Source: Octopus vulgaris
Lineage: Eukaryota
Direction: 5' to 3'
Length of the DNA: 64,000 nt
NCBI GenBank assembly: GCA_951406725.2
Contig: OX597822.1
Span: forward strand, 35,154,001-35,218,000
The notes beneath the pieces were generated by a model. That model worked only from the letters and a program-made list of their open reading frames with translations. It did not search any database and was not told the DNA's origin. Positions 24,158-37,379 of the stretch are shown here, in pieces (the stretch's first letter is position 1; each line of letters begins with the position of its first letter). A program made the position numbers and the translations under genes.

Positions 24158-25095
24158 GCTGGAATGGCAAAATCGTTAAAGCACCAAACGAAATGCAGTA
24201 TTTAGTTTCAGGTCTTCATCTTCTGCGTTCAAATCCCGCCTAATCAACTTTGGCCATTAATCCTTCCTCAGCCTATCAAATAAATCCCTGAGGTCGACTT
24301 ATTTCTTTATTGCCCACAAGGGGCTAAACATAGAGTTGACAAACGAGGACAGACAGAGGGATTAAGTCGATTGCATCGACCCCAGTGCGTAACTGGTACT
24401 TAATTTATCTACCCCGAAAGGATGAAAGGCAAAGTTGACCAACAAGGGGCTAAACATAGAGGGGACAAACAAGGACAGAGATAGGTATTAAGTCAATTAC
24501 ATCGACCCCAGCGCGTAACTTGTACTTAATTTATCGACCCCGAAAGGATGAAAGGCAAAGTCGACCTCGGTGGAATTTGAACTCAGAACGTAACGGCAGA
24601 CGAAATACCTATTTCTTTATTACCAACAAGGGGCTAAACATAGAGGGGACAAACAAGGACAGAGATAGGTATTAAGTCAATTACATCGACCCCAGCGCGT
24701 AACTTGTACTTAATTTATCGACCCCGAAAGGATGAAAGGCAAAGTCGACCTCGGCGGAATTTGAACTCAGAACGTAAATGCAGACGAAATACCGCTAAGC
24801 ATTTCGACCGGCGTGCTAACGTTTCTACCAGCTCCCCGCACTGGGGTCGACTAAATTGACAGACCACCAAGTAAATTTTAAGTTTTTAGTCTGTTAGAAA
24901 CGAGGCGGTGACCAAGCAGAGTTGTTAGGATGTCGGAGAAAATGTTCAGTGCCATTTTCTTCGACTCATTATTATTCTGAGTTCAAACACGCCGAAGTCA
25001 GCATTCATTTGGGGTTAATAAAGTGAAGTAAGAGTCATGTAATTCGACTTGTCCCCGCCTCTAAAAGTTCCTGGCCCTTTACCTAAATTAGAAAG
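24158..25095. mobile_element. nested SINE group B: minus-strand multimer 24300-24840 inside older plus-strand copies
   Basis: 12-bp TSD ctgaggtcgact (24288-24299) / ctggggtcgact (24841-24852). Confidence 0.85.
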
Positions 25096-25444
25096 AGATA
25101 TTGTTGTTGTCCTAGTTTCTAATGTCGGTAGCGAGCAAGTGATTTTTAGAGAATGACTCGATCCCATCAAACACGAGTACCTGTTTGGAACTTTATCTAT
25201 CGACCCATTTCAAAAACACCGATTGAACTTGGAAAAAAATGCCCTGCTCTATTTCTTCCAACTATTTGTATTCTGAATTCTATTCCCGTTAGGTTCACCT
25301 TCATTTCCATCTCGTTGGATTCCGTGAAATAAATACCAATAAATACTAGGACTAATGGTATCGACTAAAATACTCCCTCAAAATTATGATGCTAATCCTG
25401 AATTCTTCCCCTTCTTCTTCTTCTTATTATTATTATTGTTATTA

Positions 25445-25857
25445 TATTAAAAATCACAGCTTATTTTGTTGGGTATGACGGAAAGTGTCAGCTATCCACA
25501 GCCAGCAGACTAAAATAACACCTGTTTACTGGTCACTCTTCAAAACTCCTGCGAAGATTTCATGCAGTTTCAAGCAATGTTGATTTCTACAGGTGTTCTA
25601 CCTTCACACATGCACCGATCTTTTTCAGCCATATTGGCTGTTGAGTGCTGATATTTCCAAGTGCACCAATTACTACCGGTATCACATCTACTCACTTCAT
25701 TGACCACAACCTTTGTATTTCCCACTTTAAACCATCATAGTTGTAAATGGTTTCTTCTTTCACATTGATCCTGTTGTCACCGGGGTATGCTATGTTGATT
25801 ATCATAAATGTTCTTCCTTTTTTTTCAATCACCACATCAATTTGCGGTTTCCGATAT
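25445..25857 (-). mobile_element. R4/Dong-type LINE 3' fragment (RLE pseudogene), not in the ORF track
   Basis: Manual minus-strand translation RKPQIDVVIEKKGRTFMIINIAYPGDNRINVKEE...LKWEIQRLWSMK*VDVIPVVIGALG...VEHL*KSTLLETA*NLRR; tail runs into (TAA)n. Confidence 0.8.
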
Positions 25858-28328
25858 ATTGTTGTAGTAGTAGTAGTAGTACTAGTACTACTACTACTAC
25901 TACTGCTGCTGCTACTACTACTACTATCATTATTATTATTATTATTATTTATGGCGGTGAGCTGGTAGAATCGTTAGCACGCCTGTTGCTACGATATGAG
26001 TTCAAATTCCGCTGAGTTAACCAGTTAGGTGGAGTAATATCTATACAACATTATAGTCATTTGTTATTGCTTTAAGACTTAGCACGTCGTTATTTTTGTC
26101 TGATCAAAGATGTTGTGACAAAAGCGAGTGGGAAAGAATACTTAGCGTCATTTTTTCTCACTCATTGTATTCTGACTCCAAATTCTACCGCAGTCTCTCT
26201 GTTTTTCATTCTTTGGTGTCCGATAAAATAACGTCTCAATCAAATACTGGGGTCTATTTAATTGATGTTCACCCTCCTATAAAACTTCCGCCTTTTTGTC
26301 AATGCTGGAAAAAAAAATCTATGCTATGTGGTGGAGTCTCTTTAAACTAAAGTTCCATAATCTTTGGCTAAGAAAAGAGAAGAGTGTTCATATGAATACA
26401 CGAAAGGGCTTTTTGCTTCTTTTTCTTTTTGTCAAACTATTGAAATTTCGTGTCTTTAATGTTTTACCAAATAAATATTGTTGGAGCTGGTGAGGGGCAT
26501 TCTGATACGTTGCAATAAGTTACGCTCCACATAGACGACATTTGTCAGCTGTACTATAGGAATTGTGAATATTCCACTCACTTCATCGAGTGGTAATTGT
26601 CTGCTATTGTTCTCCGAGTGTTACTGTCTCTGTCATCGACTTCAAACCCAATTTATGTATCCACATCAGAAAGAGACTTTAAGTTTTGTTAAACGTTTTG
26701 AGGATACCAACATATTGGCTGTATGAAGTCATGCCAAAAAACTATCAACATGCTAGTTTTTATTGTTATCTTAGTTTTAGACTTTAGCTGTTCTACATCA
26801 AAGCCACGTGTAGGTTATTTATAGATTATAATCAATATTATAATCAAGAATAGCATGTAGTCAGATTTCACTAAAGTCACGTAGTGATTTTGATTGAGGG
26901 GTACGTTAGATTAAAATAAACCCCAGTTCTTAACTGGAATTTATGGTGGCCTTATCAAAATCCGAAAAGACAACGTATAGAGACAAACATTTCTTTTGTA
27001 GTATTGCTTCAACATTTACAGCGGTGCATTAGGACTTAGCTACGTTTCAGGTACGAATGCTTTTATAACAGTCCAGAAATAAAGAAGTTGTTGTCCGGGC
27101 GGTGAGCTCACGAAAGCAATCTCTAATTACACAATCCTACTGAACTTTACATTATAAATAGTGCTTCATCGTGTATATTTGCAGCTCTGAGCATTGAGGT
27201 GGCAAACATCTGGGGTTTTGTTTTGTTTTTTTTTGTTGTTTTTTTGTTTTTTTGGTCAGAGAGACAGAAAAACAAAAACATCGAAGACATGACATGAAAT
27301 GAACCATGACGGCATTATGATAATTCATTGTAACGTTAAGCTACGAAACAGTTTCATCTGTTTCTTTAGCCATTTCCTTGATTTTGCAGCTGCATTATCT
27401 AAAACTAATTCTGTAGTATTTCGTGCCGCCTAATCGATTCCTCTCCTGTGCCTTCTCGTTTATTTAACACAACGGTCGAAGTTGACGTGTTAATTTACTT
27501 CTCCATCAACTTGTTGCTTGTCAAGCGCAAAGCACTTGCGATGCTTCCTTAATTTCTTCCCCCGTTCAAGCTACTAAAAAATAATAGCTAGTGATTACAT
27601 TAATTTATCTCCACTATAAACATCGTATCTTGCAGAACCACATGTTCGAGTTAATATATAATGTGCAGTATCCGGTCATTAATCGTGATAAGCAAAATTA
27701 CCAAGTTTCACAGCTTAGTTTAACAAGTTTATAAGATAGATTTATTTAATCAAGGACGGTAAGATGAGAGCGGTAAACATTCTAATTTACGTTCCAGTGG
27801 TTGGTCACAATTTACTGCGACAAACAAGACAGTGAAATGCGAAGAATCGCAATGGCTAAGTGGTGGAAATATAATAAATGGCTTCATAAATAGGCAGAAA
27901 TATGCGCAGAAAAGCGTAATTGAAACTTGTTTCTAATTGAAAATTAACTTAGAAGACAGCTAAAGTACGATCTTACTATAGTACCCTACCTGTAATAAGC
28001 AGTTCCCTTAGATAGAAAATTTTCGACATTTAGGAAGCATGAGTTAAGTATAATTAACAAACACGTTTGTTAATTATACTAAGTTATAGTTCTTGGATTA
28101 GTAATTTGTAGAATACGTAAAAATGGAGCTTTAAATCATCATTGGGTATAAATCATCATGCGTATATAACGCTGTGAAATTATATTAAATGAAAATTATA
28201 ATACATATTTTATTTTCAAGCATTCGCATCATCAGACTTTACTTCAATAACGATTCTGAAATTTAACATTCAGACATTCATACCGGTGCAGATTATCACG
28301 TGTATCTACACTAGCATTTGTATATATA

Positions 28329-28893
28329 TAAGTCCCGGGGTCGAGTTGCTCGATTAAAGGTGGTGCTCCAGCATGGCCGTAGTCAAATGACTGAAACAAG
28401 TAAAAGAGTAAAAGAGTAAAATATGTATGTATATAAATATACATACATATAAATATACATACGTATGTTCATATTCATGCATACACACGCGCCCCCGTAC
28501 ACACATATATACACACATATGTGCATGCATATATATGGTCTAATCAAACTCTTTACTCTTTTACTTGATTCAGTCAATTGATTGCGGTAATTATTCTATC
28601 GGTCTCTTTTGCCGAACCACTAAGTGACGGGGACGTAATCACACCAGCATCGGTTATCAAGCGATGTTGGTGGGGGGACAAACACAGACACACAAATATA
28701 TACACACACACATTTATATATACATAGATACGACGGGCTTCTTTCAGTTTCCGTCTACCAAATCCACTCACAAAGCTTTGGTCGGCCCGAAGCTATAGAA
28801 GAAGACAAAAGCCCAAGGTGCTACGCTGTAGAACTGAACCCGGAAACATGTGGTTCGTAAGCAAGCTACTTACCACACAGCCGCTCCTACGCC
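28329..28893. mobile_element. SINE group A pair, tail-to-tail (+ tail 28329-28420; - copy 28548-28893)
   Basis: Matches the group A sequence in both orientations. Confidence 0.88.
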
Positions 28894-30069
28894 TAACTGA
28901 TTATATCTTTTATTAACTAATTTAAATAGCAAATTAAATTTATAAGAAAACTGACCACTGAGACGAATAAACAAACAAACAATTATATACAAGTTTGCTT
29001 CGATCGTAAGGGACCATACAGATTAAAACAAGCTTATTCGTGAACAATTTGTAATTTACAATGATTTTCCATTAGTGTACAAGACAACAAGCATCTTGCT
29101 GCAGTTTGAGTGAACTCTTTTCCCCTCCTCTTTTAAACCTTTACAGGCATGTTCCTCATGAATGGACTGAAATATATACTCTCTAAAATACTTGCTTTTA
29201 TTATTTAAAATTTATTTGCATTCAATTTCAGAATGCCGTTTGCTACATGAAGACATTCAACTGTACATGCCACAGGTTTTATACACTATTGCTGACTCAG
29301 GAGCCATTTATTTCACATATAAATATCGAATGAAACATTGAAAGGACTAATTTTCGGATTTGGTGATCAACATTAAGCATATTTTGTTGGTAATGGCTGG
29401 CCACTGTTCTAAAGAAAGAGATAGCCTGCGGTTGCCAAGTGGTTTGAGTCCCTGGTCGAAGTCATTAAAATTGGATTACGTCAGCAATGCTCTGGAGAAA
29501 GTGAAGAATGTTTCAATTCCCATTTGCTCACCAAAAATGAAAAAGTAGCCAATATCTAATATCTAATCTGACTAATGCATTAAAATAACTACGGTTCTTT
29601 CCAGCTAGTAATTATCGATGTTTATAATTTCCTTTTGTTTTTCACTAAAATTCCTCTTTTAGAAACTTTCGGTAATTTATGATTACTTTTAAATAAAACA
29701 AATCAGAAAACATTTAAAACATTTGAGAATTGATTTCAATTTTCAGAAATTAACACTGGAATGTATAAATTTTTGATACCGTTTTCCTTATCAATGGTTT
29801 TGCTTTAGTAGAATTTTCATTAAGAAACAAACAGAAAAATAAACACTGCTAAACCATTTTAATTTTCGGAGGAGTATTGTTGCCATCAAAATGACCGAAG
29901 CAACACTTCTTTGTGAGTGCATCGAGACTTTTAGAACATATGACTTCAATAATGGATGCTAATGAAACATCTCTTAATCATTCGATATCGCTGAATTATT
30001 AAGTGGTGCCAAATTCATGTAACTAATTAAAACGAAGCCAACGCAAGACAATACTAGATGCCACGTACG

Positions 30070-30118
<49 letters not shown>

Positions 30119-30119
<1 letters not shown>

Positions 30120-30621
30120 GAGCAAAACGCCCCCCGTCCAATGGACGGTGCTGAGTTGTCAATCATTTAAACCAAATTTTCTCAAAACAACTTTTCCGAC
30201 CGTCCCATGAGCCTTCCCTTTGAGAAACACTGATTTAACCTAAATTTGAGACACCAGCAAAAGAAGAAATAAAGATAGACTTTTTTTTAATCTATTCCGA
30301 AGAAAAACGATTTTGTTCATACAAATGTGCAACCGAAGAGTTTAAAGTACCTGTAATGATAAGGCTGTTGACTGGGAGAACACAAACATGGTTTAAATAG
30401 TAAGCTTGGCAGGAAAGAAACAGTACAAAAACAACAAAAAATGGAAGGTGCATTTATGTACAGGTTGACGGAAGAAAAGCAGGACAAAAACGGCTTTATC
30501 GATTGCAGTCTCACCTGGAATGGATTTTTGTAATTTTTTCAAGACTTATACACGCCCTGATATCGTCGGTATCTACACATTAAATTTGAGCGCAATCGGA
30601 TGGAGGTTTTTATATAATAGA
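30119..30621 (-). mobile_element. non-autonomous Helitron, family H3
   Basis: Minus strand starts A|TCTATTATATAAAA and ends with hairpin ccgtccattggacgg then CTCG|T (CTAG variant); second copy at 16790-17287. Confidence 0.78.
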
Positions 30622-30831
30622 TAATTGTGTATGGATTATATATATATATTATATATGTGTGTGTGTGTGTGTGTGTGTGCGTGTGTATGTGTGTGTTTCT
30701 GTATGTATGCTCAGCTGTTCACCATCATTCATGCCCAGCCTGCACTCTAATAGATAAATGAAGATAAATCAAATCAAATATGCACAAATTTACACTGGTG
30801 ATCCTTAAAAAAGAGTCAAATTTATATAGAA

Positions 30832-31231
30832 CTGGCAGTATCGCCCGGCGTTGCTCGGATTTGTAAGGGAAATAACTATATAAGCATTTTTAGAGATGTA
30901 ATGTATAATAGCCATCTCAATATGGCTAACCACAAAGGGGGGGGGGGGTTACTGTAGCCTTTTACGTTCTTAGATTTAATAATAAATTTTTAGAGAGTTA
31001 CTTCCCTTATATATGCCAAAAATGCATTAAAATTGGGAAAAATTGATGGTAATTTTTTTTTTTTAATCGTAGACTCATCATAGACACGCGCTAATACCCA
31101 GAAGGGCTCGATATGAATCACGACTATAAGATACCCGGTTTTGGTTAAACTGCACCGCAAAATGTGGGAGTAGTTAGGAATCTAAATCGTAGGAGACAGA
31201 CAGCACACAACCTCACTTTTATATATAAAGA
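30832..31231 (-). mobile_element. non-autonomous Helitron, family H2 (3' end shared with H1)
   Basis: Minus strand A|TCTTTATATATAAAA...tatttcccttacaaatccgagcaacgccgggcgatactgccag|T. Confidence 0.8.
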
Positions 31232-32099
31232 TGTAGCCATTTTGCACTTTATTTTATGTACGCTCACCAATATACCTGTGAATATCATCAACGTAGCCCC
31301 ACATCTCCCCACTCTCCAAAGCGCATGCGTAACATTTAATATGCCTTGTGTAAAACAATGAAAATTTAAAAAAAACTTCTAGTTAGTCGACTTAGCAATC
31401 TTTGGTTTGTGAGCTAAGTGACCATAATATGTTTGTGAACCGAGTCAGCTTCATTGCAATTTGTAGATAACTGGCTTCTTTTATATTATTAAATATATAG
31501 GTGTTGCTCCTACGCAAAAATATCGAATATTTTCCTCAAGGATATATTAACAAAAACTAAATTTAGATAAGAAAATATTCATTATGCTTTTTCATTGTTT
31601 CGTTTCTTTTTTTAAACTACTTAAACACACTCTGTATTTTAAGAAATATTTTTCCTTACAAATACTTTTCGATTTAATCACATTTTGTTCCATCATGTTA
31701 GAGCTTCAGCGTAGTTGTGCAGAGTATGAACGTAAAGTTTTATTTAAAATTAGATGTTTAAAGTTGACAGATAACCCCGAAGAAATATTTTGAATAGTTC
31801 TACCATACTTAAATTATATTAAAATACTCTTGGCTAGTTATTTTTCTGTTTTTCTTTTTATTCATACATAAACATTTTATATTATCACTAAGCTTGCAAT
31901 GTAAAAATGAAATTAACACTTTTAACATTAACAGAAAATAACAGAACAGCGAAAGAGATAGAACTCCATAAAAATACTCTACCTTACAATTCTCTCTGGA
32001 CAATAAAGCATTTAAATGTCATGTACAGAAATCAATGCATTTAACTGTACTTTTTTTACTTGTTAGAAATACAAAATTGTAATAGCAAATAAAAATAAT

Positions 32100-32305
32100 A
32101 ATCCTTTCTACTATAGGCACAAGGCCTGGATCTTTTAGGGAGGGAGACTGTCGATCACATCTACCCCAAGTACTCGGCTGGTTCTTGATTTATCGACCAC
32201 GAAAAAATGAAAGGCAAAGTCGACCTCGGCGGAATTTGAACTCAGAACGTAACGGTAGACGAAATACTTCTAAGCATTTCGCCCGGCGTGCTAACGATTC
32301 TGCTG
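32100..32305 (-). mobile_element. SINE group B, short-tail variant
   Basis: atcctttctactataggcacaaggcctg...gacctcggcggaatttgaactcagaacg. Confidence 0.88.
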
Positions 32306-33538
32306 GAGAAAGAAATGACATAAAAAGTTAAGGTGGTGTACTTGCGTAGACTGAGAATGATCCTTAAGTCGAAATTAAATGGACGGAATAAGATCGAAGC
32401 TATCAACACCTGGGTGGTTTCAATCCTTAGATATGAAGCAGGGGTAATCGCATGGACAGTAGACGAACTAAACAGCTTAAACAGAAAGACAAGGAAGTTT
32501 CTAACTAGATATGGGTCACTCCACCCAGAAAGGTGACACAGACAGACTGTATGTACCAAGAAAAAGAGGTGGAAGAGAACTTATTGGATACGAACACTGC
32601 ATTAGAGCAGAAGAAAACAACATAGCATGATATGTAAAAATGCCACCGAAGTAAGAAGGTCAGGCTTGTGTGGGATGAAAGATTGCAAAGATAAAGCACT
32701 ATTCAAGAAATTTATAATGAATGAAACTGAAAATAGGTAGTTAAGAAAAGAATGCATGGACAATTTCATAGGGATGTTGAATATAAGACAAACGGAAAAA
32801 AAAGATGGCTGTGGATGACTAAAAGTGATCAAAAACCGGAAACGGAGGCTCTAATCTGTGCTGCCCAAGAGCAAGCACTAAGAACAAACTACATCAAATA
32901 CAGAATAGACAACACAGCAGAAAGGGATAAGTGCAAAATCCGTGAAGAAAACGGTGAAACCGCATGGCATATTACCAGCCAATGTACGCCACTAGCCCAG
33001 AAGGAATATAAGAGATTCCACGACAATATAGCCAGGCTTGTCTATTGGACACTTTGCAACAAGTATGGACTTGACAGAGCAAAAAATCGGTACGACCAGA
33101 AACCTGAAGGCATCGTTGAAAGTTTTATGATTCAGTGCAAGCATGAGATAGAAACTAAAAACCATCCATAGTCTTAATTGAGAAAGAAAACAAACTATGC
33201 TGGATCATAAATAAAGCATGCCCAGCTGACAACAAGATAATGCGATAAGGAAGAAAAGACGAGAGATATGACAGGTTAGCTTGGGAAGTTAAGCAGTTGT
33301 GGACGATGAAAAAGGTAGCAGTAGTACAAATAATTGTCGGAGCCCTGGGAACAGTGAGCAAAAATATCGAGAAGTACGCGGATCAAATAGTAGCTTCAAT
33401 AAAGTTGGAACACTTGCAGAAAACAGCACTGCTTGGAACCGCTCGAATACTCCGGAAGGTGCTCAAAAAATCTTAGTTCACATGTAGTGAACAGCTGACA
33501 CTGTTGTACATCTCCAGCGTTAGAAGCTATGCAAAGGC

Positions 33539-33540
<2 letters not shown>
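32306..33540 (+). mobile_element. R4/Dong-type LINE 3' fragment (thumb region, degenerate CCHC finger, RLE), pseudogenised, ending in (TAA)n
   Basis: LKSKLNGRNKIEAINTW, DRLYVPRKRGGR, HGQF, ETEALICAAQEQALRTN, ETAWHITSQCTPLAQKEYKRFHD, IIVGALG, LQKTALLGTARILRKVL; stops and frameshifts; (TAA)n 33539-33610. Confidence 0.9.
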
Positions 33541-33611
<71 letters not shown>

Positions 33612-34711
33612 GTTCTGATGAAGTACCAGACAGTGACTGTCACGGCTTCTGATTTTGACTGATTGGAACATATTCTTATTGGTACATTTTCTGTCTTGAT
33701 GTAAACGATCAGCTACAGCAAATATTCTGCTCAATACCATAGATTTGCTTTTCACTTGCTTGGCTTTAGCCAGTTGAACATGTTCCTCAATAGCATACAA
33801 ATTGTGCATCTCTGATCACGAGAAGTAGTAGTGGTTGAGCGTTATATGCATGTGTTATGAGTAATTCTTTAAGGTTAGAATAATTCACCACTAGAAACAT
33901 GGATGTTCCGCTCATCGTCTATAAACAAATCTTATTCAGACACCTTTTTTCAGCAGTGTGTACTGGTTATATTGGGCTTCGTCTATTTCTGCCCCAGCAT
34001 CACTTTGATGGCGTGTATTGGTAAAGAGTTTTATATGATATAAAGAGTTTTATATGATATTTTATATGATATATTCCTTATTATAATTTCTAAAACCATA
34101 GCAAGAAATACACAGAACCACGGATAGTTTTTTTGTTGTCTCAGGTGTGATTATACTAGGCCAGCAAGAAGAAATGGACTTGAACGATGTCGGATACTTC
34201 CAAGCCATCATGTAGATATATTTCATGTAGATATATGGTAAAAAAAAACATACACCTAAATACATCCAATAGCTAATTTTAAAAATTCAGCTAAGCAACC
34301 ATACTAATTTACACAGCAAAAACGACATTGGTTGAGGAATTTAGAAATCGAGATTACAAAGATTGTACGTTAGAATTTATTTCATGGTGCTGAAAACAGT
34401 GAAGGTAATGGTAGTGGTGTTAGTAATAGTTAAAATAATAGTATTAATAGCCATAGTAATATATCTTCGAGTAAGAAACCATATTACGATAACAATGTCA
34501 ACATTTCTAGACATTAACATTTCTGATCGTTATGTTTTCCAAGAGAATACATTTGGCTTCTGCCTTTGCTCCTGCAGCAGGAATTTGGTAAGATTTCATT
34601 GCAGCTTCAGGTGAATCTGACAATATATGTATCAACAGCTTCCGAAAAGCAGGCTGAAATACTTCCTATGAATCATACGTTTAAAAGACTCTTCTCAAAA
34701 ATGATTACATA

Positions 34712-35999
34712 CGAGGGGCGTTCAATAAGTAATGCCCCTGACCCACTTCCCATAGCAGTAGAGCAACGAAACTTGGCACAGTTATTAGTCTTTTCCTACA
34801 TAGGAACCACCCAGAGTTATGCATTTCTCACATCGTTTGATGCAGCTCTGAAGACCGTTTTTGTAGAAGACCCCAGCTTGGTCCTCCAACCACGACGTGA
34901 CTTCAGAAATCAAGGCTACATCATCTGGGGAACGCTTTCCTTTCAAAAACAACTTCATGGCTGGGAAGAGGTGAAAATCAGAGGGTTCAAGGTCAGGAGA
35001 GTAGGGGGGCTGGGGGATGAGTTCATAGCCGCACGCCTGTGCTTCTGATCTGGCGACACGCGAGTTGTGAACCGGAGCGTTGTCCTGCAAGAAGAGGATG
35101 CCTTTGCTGATCTTGCCCCGCCTCTTGATTTTGATAGCTTCTCTTAATTTCCTCAAAAGTGAAGCATAATAGGCTCCTGTAATTGTGGCACCCTTTGCCA
35201 GGAAATCTGTCAACAGTACTCCGTCCTGGTCCCAGAAGACTGTGAGCATGACCTTGCCAGCAGAGGGCTGCACCCTTGCCTTCTTTGGAGGAGGTGAGTC
35301 ACGGTGTGTTCACTGCATTGACTGGGCTTTGGTCTCTGGACCATAGTGATGGACCCAGGTTTCATTCTGTGTAATCAGTCTTTTGAAAAATTTTGACTCA
35401 TCTTCTTGGCACATCTCCAAATTCATCCTCGAGCAATCGACACGTTCTTGCTTCTGGAAAGATGTGAGCAACCTGGGAATCCATCTGGCAGACACCTTTT
35501 GCATATGCAAATGGTCATGAATGATAGTTTCCACAGACCCGGTACTAGTCTTGACCTCATGGGCTATTTGGCGAATAGTTATGCGTCGATCTTCCTAAAT
35601 GGCAGCATCAACATGACGGACAGATGCCTCATCAATGGCAGAAGGGGGCGACCAGATCTAGGAGCTGTTTCCATAGAGTTCCGACCATGTTTGAATTCAC
35701 GATGCCAGCGTTTTACAAGGTCATATGATGGGGCACCATCACCATAAGTTACTTTCATTTCATCAAAAGTCTCCCGTGGTGTGCGTTCTTTCAAATAGAA
35801 AAACCGGATCACTGCTCGACACTCAACAGGCTCCATTTCACACTTGACTCAGTTCAAACACCTGTAAATCAGAAACCACAATTAGTTCAGAGCTGTAATT
35901 TTCCACTTAATCTATAAAGATATAAATAATTGTACATGCAAAATCTCAGCTAGATCAACTGCGAGTGGGTCAGGAGCATTACTTATTGAACGCTCCTCG
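34712..35999 (-). mobile_element. full-length mariner DNA transposon (1288 bp), TA TSD
   Basis: 36-bp TIR cgaggggcgttcaataagtaatgcccctgacccact with 2 mismatches; TA at 34710-34711 and 36000-36001. Confidence 0.95.
34785..35836 (-). pseudogene. mariner DD34D transposase pseudogene
   Basis: HTH region, SGRP, WIPRLL, TQNETW (first Asp replaced by Asn), QDNAPVH-x-YSPDLEPSD with 34-residue spacing; frameshift ~35645, stops ~35595 and 35310. Confidence 0.93.
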
Positions 36000-36046
36000 T
36001 ATTAAAGCACACTATGAAAAGAGTACAAACAAAACACAAATTAAAG

Positions 36047-36115
36047 GTGACTGCATCACCCATCTAATCTCCTTTACACGTGACTGCATCACCCATCTAA
36101 TCTCCTTTACACGTG
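36047..36115 (+). repeat. 33-bp tandem duplication
   Basis: gtgactgcatcacccatctaatctcctttacac x2. Confidence 0.92.
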
Positions 36116-36519
36116 TTTAGTTACAATAATAGATTAAACAGGATTGAATGAAAAATGTATCGTTGCAAAATACAAAAAGAACCCACTGAGACTAGATAAC
36201 TACAGGTCTAAATTACCGTTTTAAGTAGATACTCTTACTCAGGGAAATAGTGAAAATAATGTAGATACCCGAATATAACACTTCGAGAAATATCTACGGT
36301 ATGAGGATTAACTACAATATAAACAATAAGAAATTATTCATCGAAATGCCCAGATTCTTGGAACAGGAAATATCTCCCTAGAAAAATATATTTGAAATGT
36401 ATAGCATTGGTGAGGAAATGGTACTTTCGAAATCACGCTTTCGAAAATAACCCACATAAATTCTATACGAAACTACTTAGTAACAATCTACAATTTGGTA
36501 GCACAACCGTTCAATAATA

Positions 36520-36894
36520 TCTCTCTATATATAAACGGCAGTTTGTCTGTGTGCGTGTCTGTGTGTCTGTTAGTTTGTACCCTCACCCTGACCACGGCTT
36601 TCAACCGATTCTGATGAAACTTAACACACACATAGCCCAATGTCATAATTCAAAACTAACGCAGAGAAAAGTTTGAAAAGTTCCCCCAGTTCTGAAAAAA
36701 ATCGATAAATTTGACATGAGGTCGAGAATCAGAAACACAAACCACAGACTGTCTAGGGAACGCAACTCGACCTTTTTAACTCTCAAAAAACATTTACCAT
36801 AATTTTTTTTCCCTTTTTTTGCTATTTTTTCGCTATAACTCTCTAAAAAGTTATTTCCCTTACAAACCCGAGCAACGCCGGGCGATACTGCTAG
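36520..36894 (+). mobile_element. non-autonomous Helitron, family H1
   Basis: A|TC...cccgagcaacgccgggcgatactgCTAG|T; copy of 13585-13956. Confidence 0.88.
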
Positions 36895-37379
36895 TTAATT
36901 ATATTCTGGAGACACTTCTAAAAATGAACCTAAGTATAATGAAACTGTAAATGGTTAGATAAATAGGTTGCTACAACACGAATTTGTAAACTACGATATC
37001 TGATTGGGAAACTTGCTTTAAGCAACACGAAAACAGAATATGTCCTAGCAGTTGCCTTACCCAAAACTTTGGTTGTTGTGGTTTTGACATACTGCAATGC
37101 TCTGCATCGGCAATCTATCACTACCTCTCACTCCTTCTCACACAATGTACTAAGATATCTCCTATAGCAGTAGGATAAAAATTATTCCCAAAAGAAAGCA
37201 CAATAGACCACTCATCTACGGCCGTTGTTATAAACTGATCTCCAACATGCAATTCGACGGATAATTGAACGATTACGAAGGAGAAAAGTTTGTAGAGCAG
37301 AAAGTGCGCGTAATCTGTATTCCCATGACAATCTAACAGCCCTTTCTTAACATTTTAGCAGGAGCTAATGCCAAGATAT

